Positions 23,900 through 37,149 of a DNA stretch of 64,000 nt are shown piece by piece. Where the stretch lies: NCBI RefSeq assembly GCF_009834535.1, contig NC_045696.1, forward strand, positions 103,976,001 to 104,040,000. Reading direction: 5' to 3'. Position 1 is the first letter of the stretch; every line of letters starts with the position of its first letter. The notes below the pieces were generated by a model. That model searched no databases, was not told the DNA's origin, and was given only the letters and a program-made list of their open reading frames with translations. The position numbers and the translations under genes are program-made. Source of the stretch: Camelus ferus. Lineage: Eukaryota.

Positions 23900-26700
23900 G
23901 ATACGCAGATATGTACCTTTATGAAGAAAATTGGGCATGGTAACTGAAAGGGTAAGTTTGTAAGATTTTTTCTTCTTATTTAAATCTCACTGAAAAGATA
24001 ACTGACTGTTTAAACAGCAACAACAACAAACCACGATGGCTTGTGGGGGTTGTAACATATATGCAAGTAAAATCTATGACAACAAAAGCACAAAAGCTGG
24101 GACGAGTGAAAAGAAAGCCGAGACCGCAAGGTTCTTATACGATGTGAGTGGAGGTAAAACAGCACTGGGAGGCACAGCGTGGGAAGTTAGGGGTGTAAAA
24201 ACCTGAAAGCAACCACGCACACAACAAAGCAAAGAGCTTTGGCTTCTGAGCCAACAAAGGAGAGAAAATGAAGCATAAACAATACTCAGTTCACCCCAAA
24301 GACGGCAGAAAAAGAAGAAAAAGGGAACAGAACAGATGAGACATGAACTCTCTTTAAAAGAAAAAGTATTTCTTTTAGGCAGCATAAAGTTGGGTCTTGC
24401 TTTTTTATCCAGGAAGAAAAATTCAAGCACAGATGACTTCACTGAAGCACTTAGGGAAGGAATAATATCAATTCTACACAAACTTTTCTAGAAAATTGAA
24501 AAGGAGGGAAACCTTTCCAACTCGGTCTATGAGGTCAGTACTTCCCTGACACCAAAACCAGACAAAAGACATTACAAGAAGAGAAAGCTAGAGTCTAAAT
24601 CCATCACTAAATTGATGCAAAAATTCAAGACAAAATGTTAGCAAACCAAGTCCAATAATGTGTAAAAAGGAATCATACGTCGCTGGTGAGTTTATTCCAG
24701 GAGCAAGGTTGGTTTAACACGTGTCAGCTGATCAATGCTAGTTACCATATTAATGAACTAAAAGAGAAAGACCATACAATCATCTCAAATATGGAGAAAA
24801 CCCCTTGACAAAATCCAGTATCCACTCCAGATAAAAACTCACAGAAAATGGCAGTTCTTCTAAAGGAACCTCCTTAGAGTTGTTAACGAATATCGATGAA
24901 GAACTTATAGCTGACATCTTAGTGAAAGGAGAAGGATTGAATACTTAAGATCAGGAACAAATCAGGAATGTCTGCTCTTACCACTTCTATTCAACATCAT
25001 CCTGGCAGGTCTAGCCAATGAAATAAGGCAAGGAAAAGACAAAAAAAGGCATCCAGATTGGTCATAAAGAAGTAGAGCTCTCCTTATTTGCAGGCAGCAT
25101 GATCCATTATGTAGAAAATCTGTTGAAATCTATGAAAAACATACTGGAGCTTAGAAGTAAGTGTAGCAATGTTGCAGGATGCAAGATATATTTACATACA
25201 TAAATCAATCGTACTTCTATATGCTAGCAATCAATGATCCAAAGTAGAAAATATTTTTTAAATGTACAACAGCATCAACAAATGTTAAATATTTGGTGAA
25301 TCTCATAAAAGATGTTCAAAACATTTCCACCAAAACTGATTACTTTTGAGAGAAATTAAAGAAGACCTAAATAAATGGAGAGATAAAGCTTTTCACATGT
25401 TGGAAGACTCAATACTGTTAAGATGTCAGTTCTTGCCAAATTGATCTGTAGATTCAATGTAATCCCCACTGACAGTCAAGCAAATTATCTTTTGGGGAGA
25501 AATTGACAAGTTGATCCTAAAATTTATATGGAAATATAAAAGACCCAGGATAGCCAAAATAAATTTCATAAAGAACAAAGTTGGAGAACTAATACTAATA
25601 GATTTCAAGACTTTTAATTATAAGACTACAGTAGTCAAGACTGTAGTACTGGCATCAAATAGATACACAGATGAACAGAACAGAATAAAGAGTCCAGACA
25701 AAGACCACACACAGACAGACAACTAAGTTTTTACAAACACGCAAAGGCAATTAGGTGGAGAAAGGCTAGTCTTTTCAACAAAAGGTGCTGGAACATCTGG
25801 ATATCCCTACTCAGTAGCATGACTTTGACCAGTGTCTTACAGAATACACAAAAATTAACTCGCAGTGGCTCAAAAACCTAACTATAAAGCCTAAAACTAT
25901 AAAATTTCTAGAAGAAAACATACGAGAACATCTTTGAGACCCTGGGTAAAGCACAGCTTACAAAACAACAAGTTAATGATTTGGGCTTCATTGAAGTTAA
26001 AAATGTCTGCTCTTAAAAGACTCTGCTAAGAGAATGGAAAGATAAGCTACACACTGGGAGAAAATACAGCGTACATCTGATAAAGGGTCTCACACCCAGA
26101 ATACGGAAAAAAAAAACCTCTCAAATTTTAAGAATAAAAAACAAAAAGCCAATTAAAAACGGGCAAAAGGTTTAACAGGTATTTCAGCAGAGAAGATACA
26201 TGGATGGTAAATAAGCATATGAAGAGATGCTTGAAGCCATTAGTCATTAAGGACCGGGAAATGAAAACCCCCGATGAAACACCACGTCACACCTTAACTT
26301 ATAAAAAGGCTGATCATATCAAATGTTGGTAGGATATGAGGGAACTAGAACTCTCACACACTGGGAATGTAAAATGACACAACTTTGGAAACAGTGCGGC
26401 AGTGTTTTAGAAAGTTAAATATACACCTACCATGTGATCCAGCATTCTACTCCTAGATGTTTTCCTAAGAGAAAAGAAAACATATGCCCATACATGAATA
26501 TTCATAGCAACTTTATTTGTAATAACCCCAGTCTAGAAGCAATGCAAATGTCCATCAATGGTGAACAGATAAGCAAATTTTGGTGTGAACACCCACTGGA
26601 ATACTATTCAGCAGTAAAAAGGAATGAACTGTGGCAGCAAATAAAAATATGGGTGCTTCTTAAAATAATTATGCTGAATGAAAGAACCCAGAGTTTTTTT
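23900..26700 (+). mobile_element. Old L1 (inter-ORF region, deleted EN, RT to 3' UTR), decayed
   Basis: Degenerate ORF2 peptides, e.g. KLF*KIEKEGNLSNS..., LFAGSMIHYVEN (RT YADD region), ILKFIWKYKRPRIAK and EYYSAVKRNE. Many stops and frameshifts. Confidence 0.92.
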
Positions 26701-27699
26701 TAAAAGAGCACATAAAAAAAAGCAAATATGTTCATTAGTGATCAAAAAATGAAATAACAAACTATTCCTCTCCAAGCATAGACTCCAGCCTGTGAAAAAG
26801 ACATTGATCATAGGAAATTAATACTGACCTGGAGACCAAATGAGGGAATTTTATTTTCGTTTTTGAAGCTTGTTGAGAAATGGCAAGTCAGTCTCCATGA
26901 TTATTGACTCATTTATATACACAACCACTCCCTGTGCCTCTAGGCCTGACGTCATGCTATTTCATTGGGGAATATTTGTTTGTATTTCTGCAAGAAGAGG
27001 ATTATTTTCAGTCTCTGTTTCACATTTCTAGGAATTCAGAGCCAGTCCTGGCAACTTCATCTGAAAATCTTGGAGGGGTTGGGAAGGAATGTGGAACTGC
27101 CCACACATTGATAAACCTGCCAAGAGATTTTTCTTAAGAAAAAGAAGACGAGAAGGCTTATCTTCTCTGTTTACCAGGAAAAAAAAAAGTTGCTTTTTCT
27201 GTAGCTAGTGGGTGGTGATATCCTCTTAGGCTCTATGTGAAAATCCCAGGAGCTGTTGTGTAACACGACCATTATCTGGGAAAGGAATGTGCATTTTTAG
27301 ATGGAAACGTGAAATTCTAGAACCCATCCCCTGTGAGCAATCAGGCTCCTAAGGGCATCCACACTAGCTTTATAGTAGCCACTTGACAGGGAAATCACCA
27401 AGCAGATGTGCTCCAGTGAGTGCTTCTAAGACATCGGCTCTCTGGAGCTGTTTTCACGAGACAGTGGGATTCTTTGTTCTTCAAAACCTTCACATCTCTC
27501 AGCACCCGCCTTGTTTTCCTTTTTCTTTTTCATTTCTTTTCCCCCTCAGTGGAAACACCTCTCCTCTCAGATGTAGTAACCATGCTAGTTGCTGCCAAGG
27601 GAAATACTGCATTGAATCCAAAGTATTTCTAGTGGGAAGGAAATAACTGTGAAAACAAAAATATTAGGGATCCTGCTTCTTCCCTTATTTTTTTTTTTT

Positions 27700-29630
27700 A
27701 AATTTAGGTATGCTACACAGAAAAAAAAGTACATGAATCCTAACTATATACGTAGATGAAGTTTTACATACGTATGTATTCATGGAACTACCCCCTAGAT
27801 AAAAATGTAGAACTTTTCTAGGACCTGAGCAAGCTCCCTCACGTGTGCTCCCAAGATCAGTAACACACCCTCCGCGCCCTCCAAAGTAACAGTCTTCTGA
27901 CTTCTACAGTCAGAGCTCGCTTTTGTCTGTTCCTGAACCCACCTAAATGGAATTAGGTATTCTTTTATGTCTAGCTGCTTGCATCAACATTGTCATGAGG
28001 TTCATCCGGGCTCTGTGTAGCAGTCATCCATTCCTCTTTTCAAAAAATTACTGTGTAGTATTCCATTGCATGAATACCCCCACAAAGTATTTTTCTCTTC
28101 TCCAGTTGAAGGACTTTTGGGTTGTTTCCAGCTTGGGCCTGCTAGGAAGAATAAACCTATCCCTGGTCAGTTATGTGTATGACAATCATCTTCTTCCAGA
28201 TTGTGCCCTGGTCTTTTCACTTTCTTAATGTGAGTCTTTGATGAAGAAGAGGTATTAATTTTAATGAACTTCAATATATTTAGCTTTTCCTTTAATGGCT
28301 ACTTCCATTGTATACTGTTTAAGAAGCCTTGCTTACCCCAAGGCGTGAAGATTTTTTTTCCTATTTTTCTTCTAGAAGCTCTTTTGTTGTTGTTTCACAT
28401 TTTGTGTTTAAGTCTATAGTCACTCTCAACTTAAGTTTTGTCTGGGATGTGAAGCAAAGGGTGACGAATCATGTTTTTTCCACGTGGGTATCCAACTGAC
28501 CCCACACCAATTATTGAAAAGACCCTCTTTTCCCCCATTGAATTTCAGTAACACAATTCAATTACCATGTAAGCATGGTCTGTTTCTAGACTATTTTCTA
28601 TTCATTGGTTTATCTGTTATCCTTATAACAAACCAAACTGTCTTAATTATTAGATCCTTATAGTAAGTCTCAGCATCTGGTCACATAAGTCCTCCTACTT
28701 TCTTTTTCTTTTTCTTTTTTTTAGACTATTTACAGCTATTTTAGATCCTTTGCAATTCCCAATGAATTTGGAATCAACTTGTTAATTTCCATGACACAAC
28801 TCAGGAAATTTTAATTGTTATTGTATTGACTTTATAGGTCATTTTGGGGAGAAGTGACATCTTAACAATATTGAATTTTTCAATGGACATGATATATCTC
28901 TCCATTTATTTAGATTTTCTTCAATGTTTCTTGACAATATTTTGTAGTTTTCAGTGTAGAGGGCCTGGACTTACTTTCATTAGATTTTCCTATTTTTTGT
29001 TACTATAAAGGGCATTTCTTAAAATTTCATTTTCTAATTGTTGCTAATATGTAGACACACAAGTTGACAAATATACCTTGCATCCAGTGACCTTTCTAAA
29101 TTCTCTTATTCTCATAGTTTTCTATAGATTCGTTTCTATGTATACAATGTCATCTGTAAATAATGTTAGTTTTATTTCTTTTCCAATTTTTAATAACTTG
29201 TCATTTCTTGTTCTTGTATTTTTGAAGTGTCTAGATTTCCAATATAATGTTGCATAGAAGTGGTGAGAGTGGGCACTGTTTCTTGCTCTTCAGCTAAGAG
29301 GAAAGCATTCAATAACTTATCATTAAACATGATATTAACTGTAGGTGTTTTGCAGATTTCCTTTGCTAGATTAAGAATGTTTCCTTCTTCCTAGTTTTCT
29401 GAAATTCTTTTTAAAATTATAAACAAGTGTTGAGTTTTTGCAAATGCTTTTTCTACATCTGAGATGATGATGCTTTTTTCTCTTTTACTTGGTCAATATG
29501 ATGAACTGCATCACTTTGTGATTTTTAAATCAACTTCATATTCATGAAACAAAGGGACTTTGGTCATGATAAACCTTTTTCTATACCCCTGGATTTACTT
29601 TGCATTTTCTTTAAGATCTTGCATTTCTAT
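27700..29630 (-). mobile_element. Old L1 (3' UTR plus ORF2 C-terminal/RT part), antisense
   Basis: T-rich antisense L1 signatures: ttattgaaaagaccctcttttcccccattg, gacatcttaacaatattga, gaagtggtgagagtgggcac, ggaaagcattcaat. Confidence 0.9.
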
Positions 29631-29924
29631 TTTGAGTAGTGTCTGGAAACGTTCTGTGCACGGTGGGTGTTCAGGAGTGGCCAGACGCGTGAACTCCTGA
29701 TTGTGCCTGCGTCAGACTCTGGGTCACTGCTGTGAGGGCTGCATCCAGGTATGCTTTCCTCCCTCCCATCTCCTCCAAACCAGCTTCTCCTCACCACTCT
29801 GCAAGGGCCACTTCTGGAAAGAGATCACTTTAATCTTAGGCCAGTCGAAAAGTACTCATACCTGGAGGAGTGCCCAAAGAAGATCAGACCCGCACTTGGG
29901 TAATTCCATTCCCAGCAGCCTGGG

Positions 29925-30310
29925 GGCATCATCCTGGAGCTGGCTCAGCTGGCTTGCTACAGTTGATGGTTAAAATCTCAGAAATTTTGAAAGCTGGTTA
30001 TTGATTACAACCATCATTAAAAATTAAGCCATATCAACTTGCAATTAAGTAAGTCATATTACAAACAAAGGTAGTAAATACCTCAAACTCAGCACTTTTT
30101 AATTATATTTCTATCGACTTTGCCTCATGGGTAATTTACATTTATTGTTTCTATGTGGTGGAAATGCTATCTAATGGTTGGTCACTGATCATCTCTTCCC
30201 AGCTCTGTATTTGGTGGCATCACAGTGGAGCTTGAAACTGGCTGTGGTGGGAGTATTTACACCATGGAAAGTAGCAAACACTACACATCAGGGATTTTAA
30301 TTTTTGGCCC
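29925..30310 (+). mobile_element. MER63-like hAT-Blackjack element
   Basis: ctggagctggctc...aacaaaggtagtaaatacctcaaactca...gcttgaaactggctgtggtgggagtatttacaccatggaaa...caaacactacacatcaggg. Confidence 0.8.
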
Positions 30311-32242
30311 CTTGGTGATGACGTGCACCTCCAAAGCCACATCCAGCCCCACCTTTGGGTCACTTTGAAACTGTTGTTCCTTAGGGTTTACCCTATAGAC
30401 CCTCTGCCCCCTTATAGAGCCACCCCATGGACATCATGACTCTGGCACCAGGAATTTGGCCTGTTTTTCTATTATTGTGGCTAGCTTTGTGTGGCTTTAG
30501 GCCCCACGCCCATTCTCTCTTCAGGGTCAGGACTTTGTAAGATAATTAGAGCCTGGGCTCAGGTGGGACCACAAGACAGAACAGATGGGAAGGGCCTGGA
30601 AAGAGATGCACAATCATGACTTCTGAGGACAGAGTGGCCAGGCTGATGGAAGACACCCTCCCAGCCCCCCACCCCCACCCAAAGAGCGGTGCATAAACAG
30701 TCAAGGACTGAATGACAGACTTTATTAGAAACGCTCCTCATTCATCAGTCAAATTCACATTAAAGTGGCGGGAAGCAGTGCCATCTGGGGCTCTGGTATC
30801 CCACTGCTGTGACAATTTCCAGTTAAAAATCAGTCTGGGCAGAAAGCGTTGGAAACACGAGAGGTGCTGTGGTGGTGGCGGTGGCCGCAGTGGGGGCAGC
30901 ATCGTCCCTGTGGGAGGACAGGCTCCCTCCGGCAGGTGAAGGTGCCCCACATCCACCTGTCCAGTTACAAGGCTGCCCCCACGGCCCCAAACTGATAAAT
31001 AAACAGCACGTCACACACACACACACGTGAAACAGAAACAGACTCATACAAGTCTCCTAAAGTGAAAAAATAATTCGCTCAAATAAAGCTTTGTGGCAGC
31101 CAGGCTGTATCCTAAATGGACGGTTGCCTGGAGACCCTCAGCACCCCAGGAAACCTCCCCAGCCCCAGGACATCATCCCTGTGGGCGTCACAATGCCCCC
31201 AGTTCCCCCATTAGCACCTTTGGACTAAGTACTGCCCTCACCACATCATTTTAAAATGCAACTTAAAACAACAACAATAATAAAGGATACACTCTGTCCC
31301 TGGGGTGAATTAGTCAGACTCAGCTTCCCTGAATAGAGGTGCTTGGGGCATCCAGAGACTGGGGGTCCGCGGTGGGGAAGGAGGGCACGCACGCGAGAGG
31401 AGGAAGTAAACAATGTTCAGAGAGGTAAGCTGGGAGGTGTCTCCACACTGCTTTGTCCACTTGCCGATTCTGCAGTTGGGCATCCCTGGGTAACAGTCAT
31501 TCAAAGGGGTACAAAGTCCTAAAGTGTCACGACAATCCTGCTGCCCTGGCGAGGGGTGGGGGCGCAGAGGGGCACCGGCGTCAAGCTGCTTTCACCATTC
31601 ATTATTCAGAGGCAATTTGCTCCCGGAGCTGGCCAATTTTCCCCTGGCCCCGTCTGCACCAGGGCACACAACAGAAAGTCTCCTGCCCAAATGTTTTATT
31701 CATCCTCTTGAATAAGGAAACAGGCTCTTGGATCAATATACCAGTGGCCGCTGTGTCCTGCTGGGCGGGCAGGATCTCTGCAGGCTCTGGGCTCTTCCTG
31801 GAGGTATCTGACTTGGGAGGGCGGCTTCCAAGGCAGAAAATACTGTTGGCAACAGACATTTCGTTTTCAAAGTTGGGAAGATGTCCTGGGTGACGGTGAG
31901 ATGACAGGCCGGGGGCTGTGGGTGTCCCCGCTGCCCCTCCGCCCTGGCTCACTGGTACTGCAGATAGTTTTTGAGAGACTGAGGCAGGGGCAGGGAGCCG
32001 ATGTCCCCCAGGCGCTGGCGGCCCAGGGCCAGGCGGATGGATCTCCGGCACAGGTCCATCAACGGCAGGGGCTCGGCTGCAAAGAGAGGGCGTGGATTAG
32101 TCTCGCCCCTGCTTCCTCATGCCTCTCACCCCCACCTGCTGCCTGCACACCCCTGGCCCGCCTGCCCTCTGAGCTGCCCTTCAGGGCCCTGGGCTCCCAC
32201 TCTGAGAAGTCTTGTCTGGTTATATGAGCTGAAGGCTTCTAG

Positions 32243-32480
32243 CAGTGTTCTTCAAACTGGAATGCAAACGATTAGACTGAAGAATCATGGAATCAATTCA
32301 CTGGGTGGTGACCAGCAATTTTGAAAAAATAGAAAAGAAAGAGAAAATGGAAAGCAATGCCTGTATCAAGGGGTTCCATGTCAGCTCTGTCTCTGAGGTA
32401 GATGTTTCACACTGTGATGTGTGTGTCTCAATGTAAAAAAATACTTCTCACAGCGGATTGTGATAAAAATGAGAGGCTGC
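32243..32480 (+). mobile_element. hAT-Charlie-like MITE
   Basis: Starts cagtgttcttcaaact and continues atcaattcactgggtggtgaccagcaattttgaaaaaatagaa. Confidence 0.5.
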
Positions 32481-33342
32481 CCTAGGGTGGATCTGCAGGG
32501 GGTGCTTCTTAGAAGCAGGTGAGGTTTAGGGGGGCTGTTTAAAATGACTTTGGACCCTCAAACTTCTCCTGTGTCCTCTTTTGATGGTCAGAGAAATGCA
32601 TTTCTTCTAATACCCAGTTCTAGAAAACATCATGAGTTAAAATCCATAAGCCAAGGAACCTCTGGACTTACGACTGAGTTTTAACTAGCTTTATTGCAGA
32701 CATACTTATGAAGCTTTTATTCTCTTCCAGGCCCCAGTGATACAGAGATAACTAACTCAAGGCCAAAGGCAGCTCTGGAAGTGGAGGAAGGGTCCTGGTC
32801 TGAGTTTAAATATGTGAATAATTGTAATAGAGTGTAATATATGCAATAATTCCTAAATGCACAGGGACAGACACTGGGCAGTTCCTGTACGGAAGTGTTG
32901 TTTGAAAGCTTCAAAGAGAGGATACCTGAATGGGATTTTAAAGGGTGAATAGGAGTTTTATGTGATGTGAGGTTGGGGAGGGCATTCTAGGCAGAGAAAA
33001 CAGGAAAAAGCACAGAGGCATAAAACAGGACAGGCTGGGAGGCCTGGAGGGAGAGGAATGTATCAGTCAGCTGGATCAGGAGTGAAGATGCTGGTGGTCA
33101 CATGCTGTCTTGGAGGCTTGCACAGCCCTAGTTTCCCCAAGTAGGCAGGAACATGGTGGAGGCCTGGAGCTGCATCTTAACACTTTTTTTGTCAATAGAA
33201 CAAGTGATATTTTAAAAGCATCCAATAATATGCACTGATACAATAAAACTGTAAATGGTAAATGCTAACACAAGAGTTGTGACAGGAATAATATCACAAG
33301 GGGATAGAAGAGATGGGAAGGTGGTCAAGAGTGCATTTTATA

Positions 33343-34369
33343 CGATAAATGCTGGAGAGGGTGTGGAGAAAAGGGGACCCTCCTACACTACTGGTGGGAA
33401 TGTAGTTTGGTGCAGCCATTATGGGAAACAATACGGAGATTCCTTTAAAAACTAAAAATAGAGTTACCATATGATCCAACAATCCCACTCCTGGGCACAT
33501 ATCTGGAGGAAACTCTAGTTCGGAAAGATACATGCAATATGCAGATACTAATATATATAAAATAGATAAACAACAAGTTTATACTGCATAGAACGGAACT
33601 ATATTCAATATCTTGTAGTACCTTATGTTGAAAAAGAATGTGAAAATTAATATATCTGTGTTCATGTATGACTAAAGCATTATGCTGTACACCAGAAATT
33701 GACACAACATTGTAGACTGACTATACTTCAATAAAAAAATGCATATATACTAAAAAAAAATGATACATGTATCTCAGTGTTCATAGCAGCACTATTTACA
33801 ATAGCCAAGACATGGAAACAACCTAAATGTCCGTTGACAGATAACTGGATAAAGAAGATATGGTACATATGTACAATGGAATACTACTCAGCCATAAAAA
33901 GAATGAAATAATGCCATTTGCAACAACATGGATGGACCTAGAGATCGTCATTCTAAGTGAAGTAAGTCAGACAGAGAAAGACAAATATCCTATGGTATCA
34001 CTTACATGTGGAATCTAAAAAAATGACACAAATGAACTTATTTACAAGACAGAAATAAACTCACAGACATAGAAAACAAACTTATGGTTATCAAAGGGGA
34101 AAGTGCGGGGAGGGATAAATTAGGTGTTTGGGATTGGCAGGTACAAACTACTATACACAGAATAGATAAAAAAAACTAGGTCCTACTGTATAGCACAGGG
34201 AACTGTATTCAATAGCTTGTAATAACTATAATGAAAAAGAATATATATATATATGTATAACTGAATCACTATGCTGTACACCAGAAACCAACACATTGTA
34301 AATCAATTAAACTTCAATAAAAAAAAAAAAGAATATGCCATTTTAAAAAGCTCCCTCGCCAAAAAAAAA
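33343..34369 (+). mobile_element. 5'-truncated cetartiodactyl-type L1 (ORF2 end plus 3' UTR) with TSD
   Basis: ORF2 C-terminal remnant (NAGEGVEKRGPSYTTGGNV), 3' UTR and AATAAA at 34316. TSD AAGAGTGCATTTTATA (33327-33342) / AAGAGTGCTTTTTATA (34370-34385). Confidence 0.93.
33537..33761 (+). mobile_element. Short L1 3' tail inserted inside the L1 above
   Basis: A second 3' UTR end (...gctgtacaccagaaattgacacaacattgtagactgactatacttcaataaaa) with poly(A), flanked by GATACATGCA (33527-33536) / GATACATGTA (33762-33771). Confidence 0.88.
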
Positions 34370-34999
34370 AAGAGTGCTTTTTATAGGAATTTTCATTTAC
34401 TAGAGCTGCAGAGTTAATAAGGAGAGCGATGAAGATCAGAGCCGGACTTGGCTGATGCTTTGGAAGCTGTGCACAAGAGTGTGTCCAGCCCTCCTCACTT
34501 GAGGCGAGGCTGCGTGGTGGCACACTTTTACCTCCGTATCCCCTTTTGATCCTCATACAAACCCTCGTGGTTAGCCAGGGAGGCCTAGGTATCCCTTTTC
34601 AGGCCTAGAAGGCAGATCACTCACCCTGAGTCACGTGGTCTTGGCCAACACTTGACCCCGCTCCAGGTGTCTCTATCTCTTCCCTGGCAACACCCCTGTG
34701 CCCAGTTCTCCTGCTCCCTGTCCTCCATGTAGTTCTGATTCGAGCTTTGCACTATCCCCTGAATTATGCCTCTGTGAACCCCTTTCCCCCTCTTCCGACC
34801 CGAATCCTCCCATCTTCGACATCTTGCTGGAAGCTGATCTTCCCACTGCAAGTTTCCACGATCTCCTTTTAGCTCCTATGGCACCAATGCTTGCTACCTG
34901 TGCCGCTGGATGCTGGGGAGGAAAAAACCTGAAAAGTCCTTTACTTAATAAGCAATTTCTACTTGTTTACTGTGCAACATGAGAGATGAAATATAATTG

Positions 35000-35410
35000 T
35001 AGCTATTGTTTCCTGAAGGTGTATTACGTGGCTAGGTGCTGTGCTAAGCTCTTGATTTGTACCAACTCACGTGAATGTAGGTATCGAACTCATATCACTA
35101 TAACCTCTTGTACTAGGAACTATTATTATTACCCCCACTTTAAGGAAGAGGAAACAGAAGCACAGAGAGGGTAAGTCACTTGCCCAAGGACACACAGCTG
35201 GTAAATGGCAAAGCTGGGTGTTGGACCCAGGCAGCTAGAAACTCTTATAGCTTAACCACATTTATTGAGCAACTGTTCTGTCCCCCTTTCTATGTTAGGT
35301 TTATCTCATTTAGAGGGGATCGTTCCTACTTTAGAGAAGAGGAAGCTGAGGCTCAGAGGTGAAGAGGCTTGTCCAGAATCACACGATCCAAAAGCCAGTA
35401 TTTGGAGATG
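35000..35410 (-). mobile_element. Two adjacent MIR fragments
   Basis: cccactttaaggaagaggaaacagaagcacagagagggtaagtcacttgcccaaggacacacagctggtaaatggc, then gagaagaggaagctgaggctcagaggtgaag. Confidence 0.8.
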
Positions 35411-37149
35411 CATGCTGCATCCCTCAAACTCCATGCAATTATGAAAGGTTGTTTTAAGGTGAGAAGGGAAGGAGAGGGTCACCTGTCTCCCAGGCTCGCA
35501 CAGTCCACAGGTTCTTACTCTGGCTCTGATCACTTTCCAGCTCACCGGTGCGCACTTCTCCTGTGTGAGGTCTGCACCAACCTAAACGAGCTACCCTGCC
35601 ACCAAATATCTTTTCTGCTCTCACACTCACCTATTCTAACGTGGACCCAGCCTGCCACATTCCTATTCTCGGGGCCATCAGACCCAGTTCCTCCAGCACA
35701 TCCCCTTCCTGAGGATCTCTAGGAATCTGGAGTCCCTGATTTTGAGCTCCAGCTCTGCCAGCTGTAAGTTTGTGCCTTTATGAAAGGTACTCTGAGTGCT
35801 TATTTCTTTATCTGTAAAATGGAGCAACGATCTGCAGATTTCCAGAGAAGATTAAAGAAAACGACAGGTGCACTGCACTTCACCCTGGGCACAGTGCACA
35901 GCGGGAGCTCGGGAAATGCTGGTCTCCACTCCGGGTGTCTTGGCTGAACCCCTCTGGGTATGTGCGCCTTGGGCCCACCCTGGCCCTGGTGCTGTCCTCC
36001 TCCACTCAAACAAATGTGGCAAGGATTTTCTATTTCATTCATTTAACAATGAATGGTTACAAAGCGTGAACTTCTTAAAAGACATGAGCCTGACTCATCT
36101 GTCTTAGGATCCACCCCCCAGCCCCCAGGAGGCTGTCCCAGGGGGATGGCCCAGAAACGGTCTGTTAAATGAATGAGATGACTTGCTGCTTTTGTGGGGG
36201 CGGGTCTTCTACAGCTGTTTTAAGCTATTGAAATAAATTGCTCTTACCTGGCAACGTTTCTGTCTTGGCTCCCCATACTCCTGCACCTGCCCTAAGAACA
36301 GGGCAGGTCTTAATTGACAAGAGATTTGTGGTGAAGGCTGAATGAGTTAGAAAGTGTAAGGCACTGGGCACAGTGACCAGCACACAGTAGGGATTCAACA
36401 TACTGCACTTCCAGCCATCTCCTCCCCATCCAGGCATTTGTTTGGTCGTCTTTTGTGAGGATGAGCTTGGGCAGGGCTGTTAAACATGGGCTCTCCAGGG
36501 AGGCCAGCAGTTCCTTCTCTGATTGAAGGAAAACAGGCTTGCATTTTGCATCAGGAAAATTTCGAGCTGTTATCATTTGATAGTCATTGCCAAAGCTTAA
36601 AAGTTTCTCAATCACTTTAGAGCTCTAGGCACATAGTAGGTCCCTAATGCCCAAAATGCTAAGCCTGGTCTGCAAACCTGATTCCCTGTGTGTTTCCTGC
36701 CCAGTTAGGAGCTGAAGAGAAGGAAAGAGCTCTGTTTACCTTCATTCCTCTGCAGTTACCGAAATCGATCCAGAGCCCAAACTCCATAGGAAGCGAGAAA
36801 GAGGGGTTGGAGTTCAGAGCATATCTTTAGCTCTAAATGTGAAATATAAACCATCTAGCCTCATTTCTGAGGGAATGTTAACTGATGACTTCAAAGTAAC
36901 TAACCCCAGAGTGCACAGAGAAAGTTCTTGTCATGGCCGTGGCACTTCCAGAGCTCTGAGGATGCCCAACGTGGCCTGGACCAACCCCCAACTCCTTTCT
37001 TTCTCTCCTTGACTGTGGAAGCCTTCTCAGAACTACCAAACGTCAAGGCTTGTAAATGATCACCCAGGTGGGAAGAGAAACAGCATCTTTCAGTACGGGA
37101 GCGATCCTTAGAAATATTTCCCCGACAAAGACAGACTTTTAAAAAGGAA

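Noticed and set aside
25511..25726. ORF with real protein similarity (ILKFIWKYKRPRIAK)
   Set aside because: A fragment of dead L1 ORF2, not a host gene or a domesticated reverse transcriptase.
23900..29630. Convergent L1 pair as a long inverted repeat or dsRNA source
   Set aside because: Both copies are old and heavily diverged from each other, so stable pairing is unlikely and there is no evidence of transcription.
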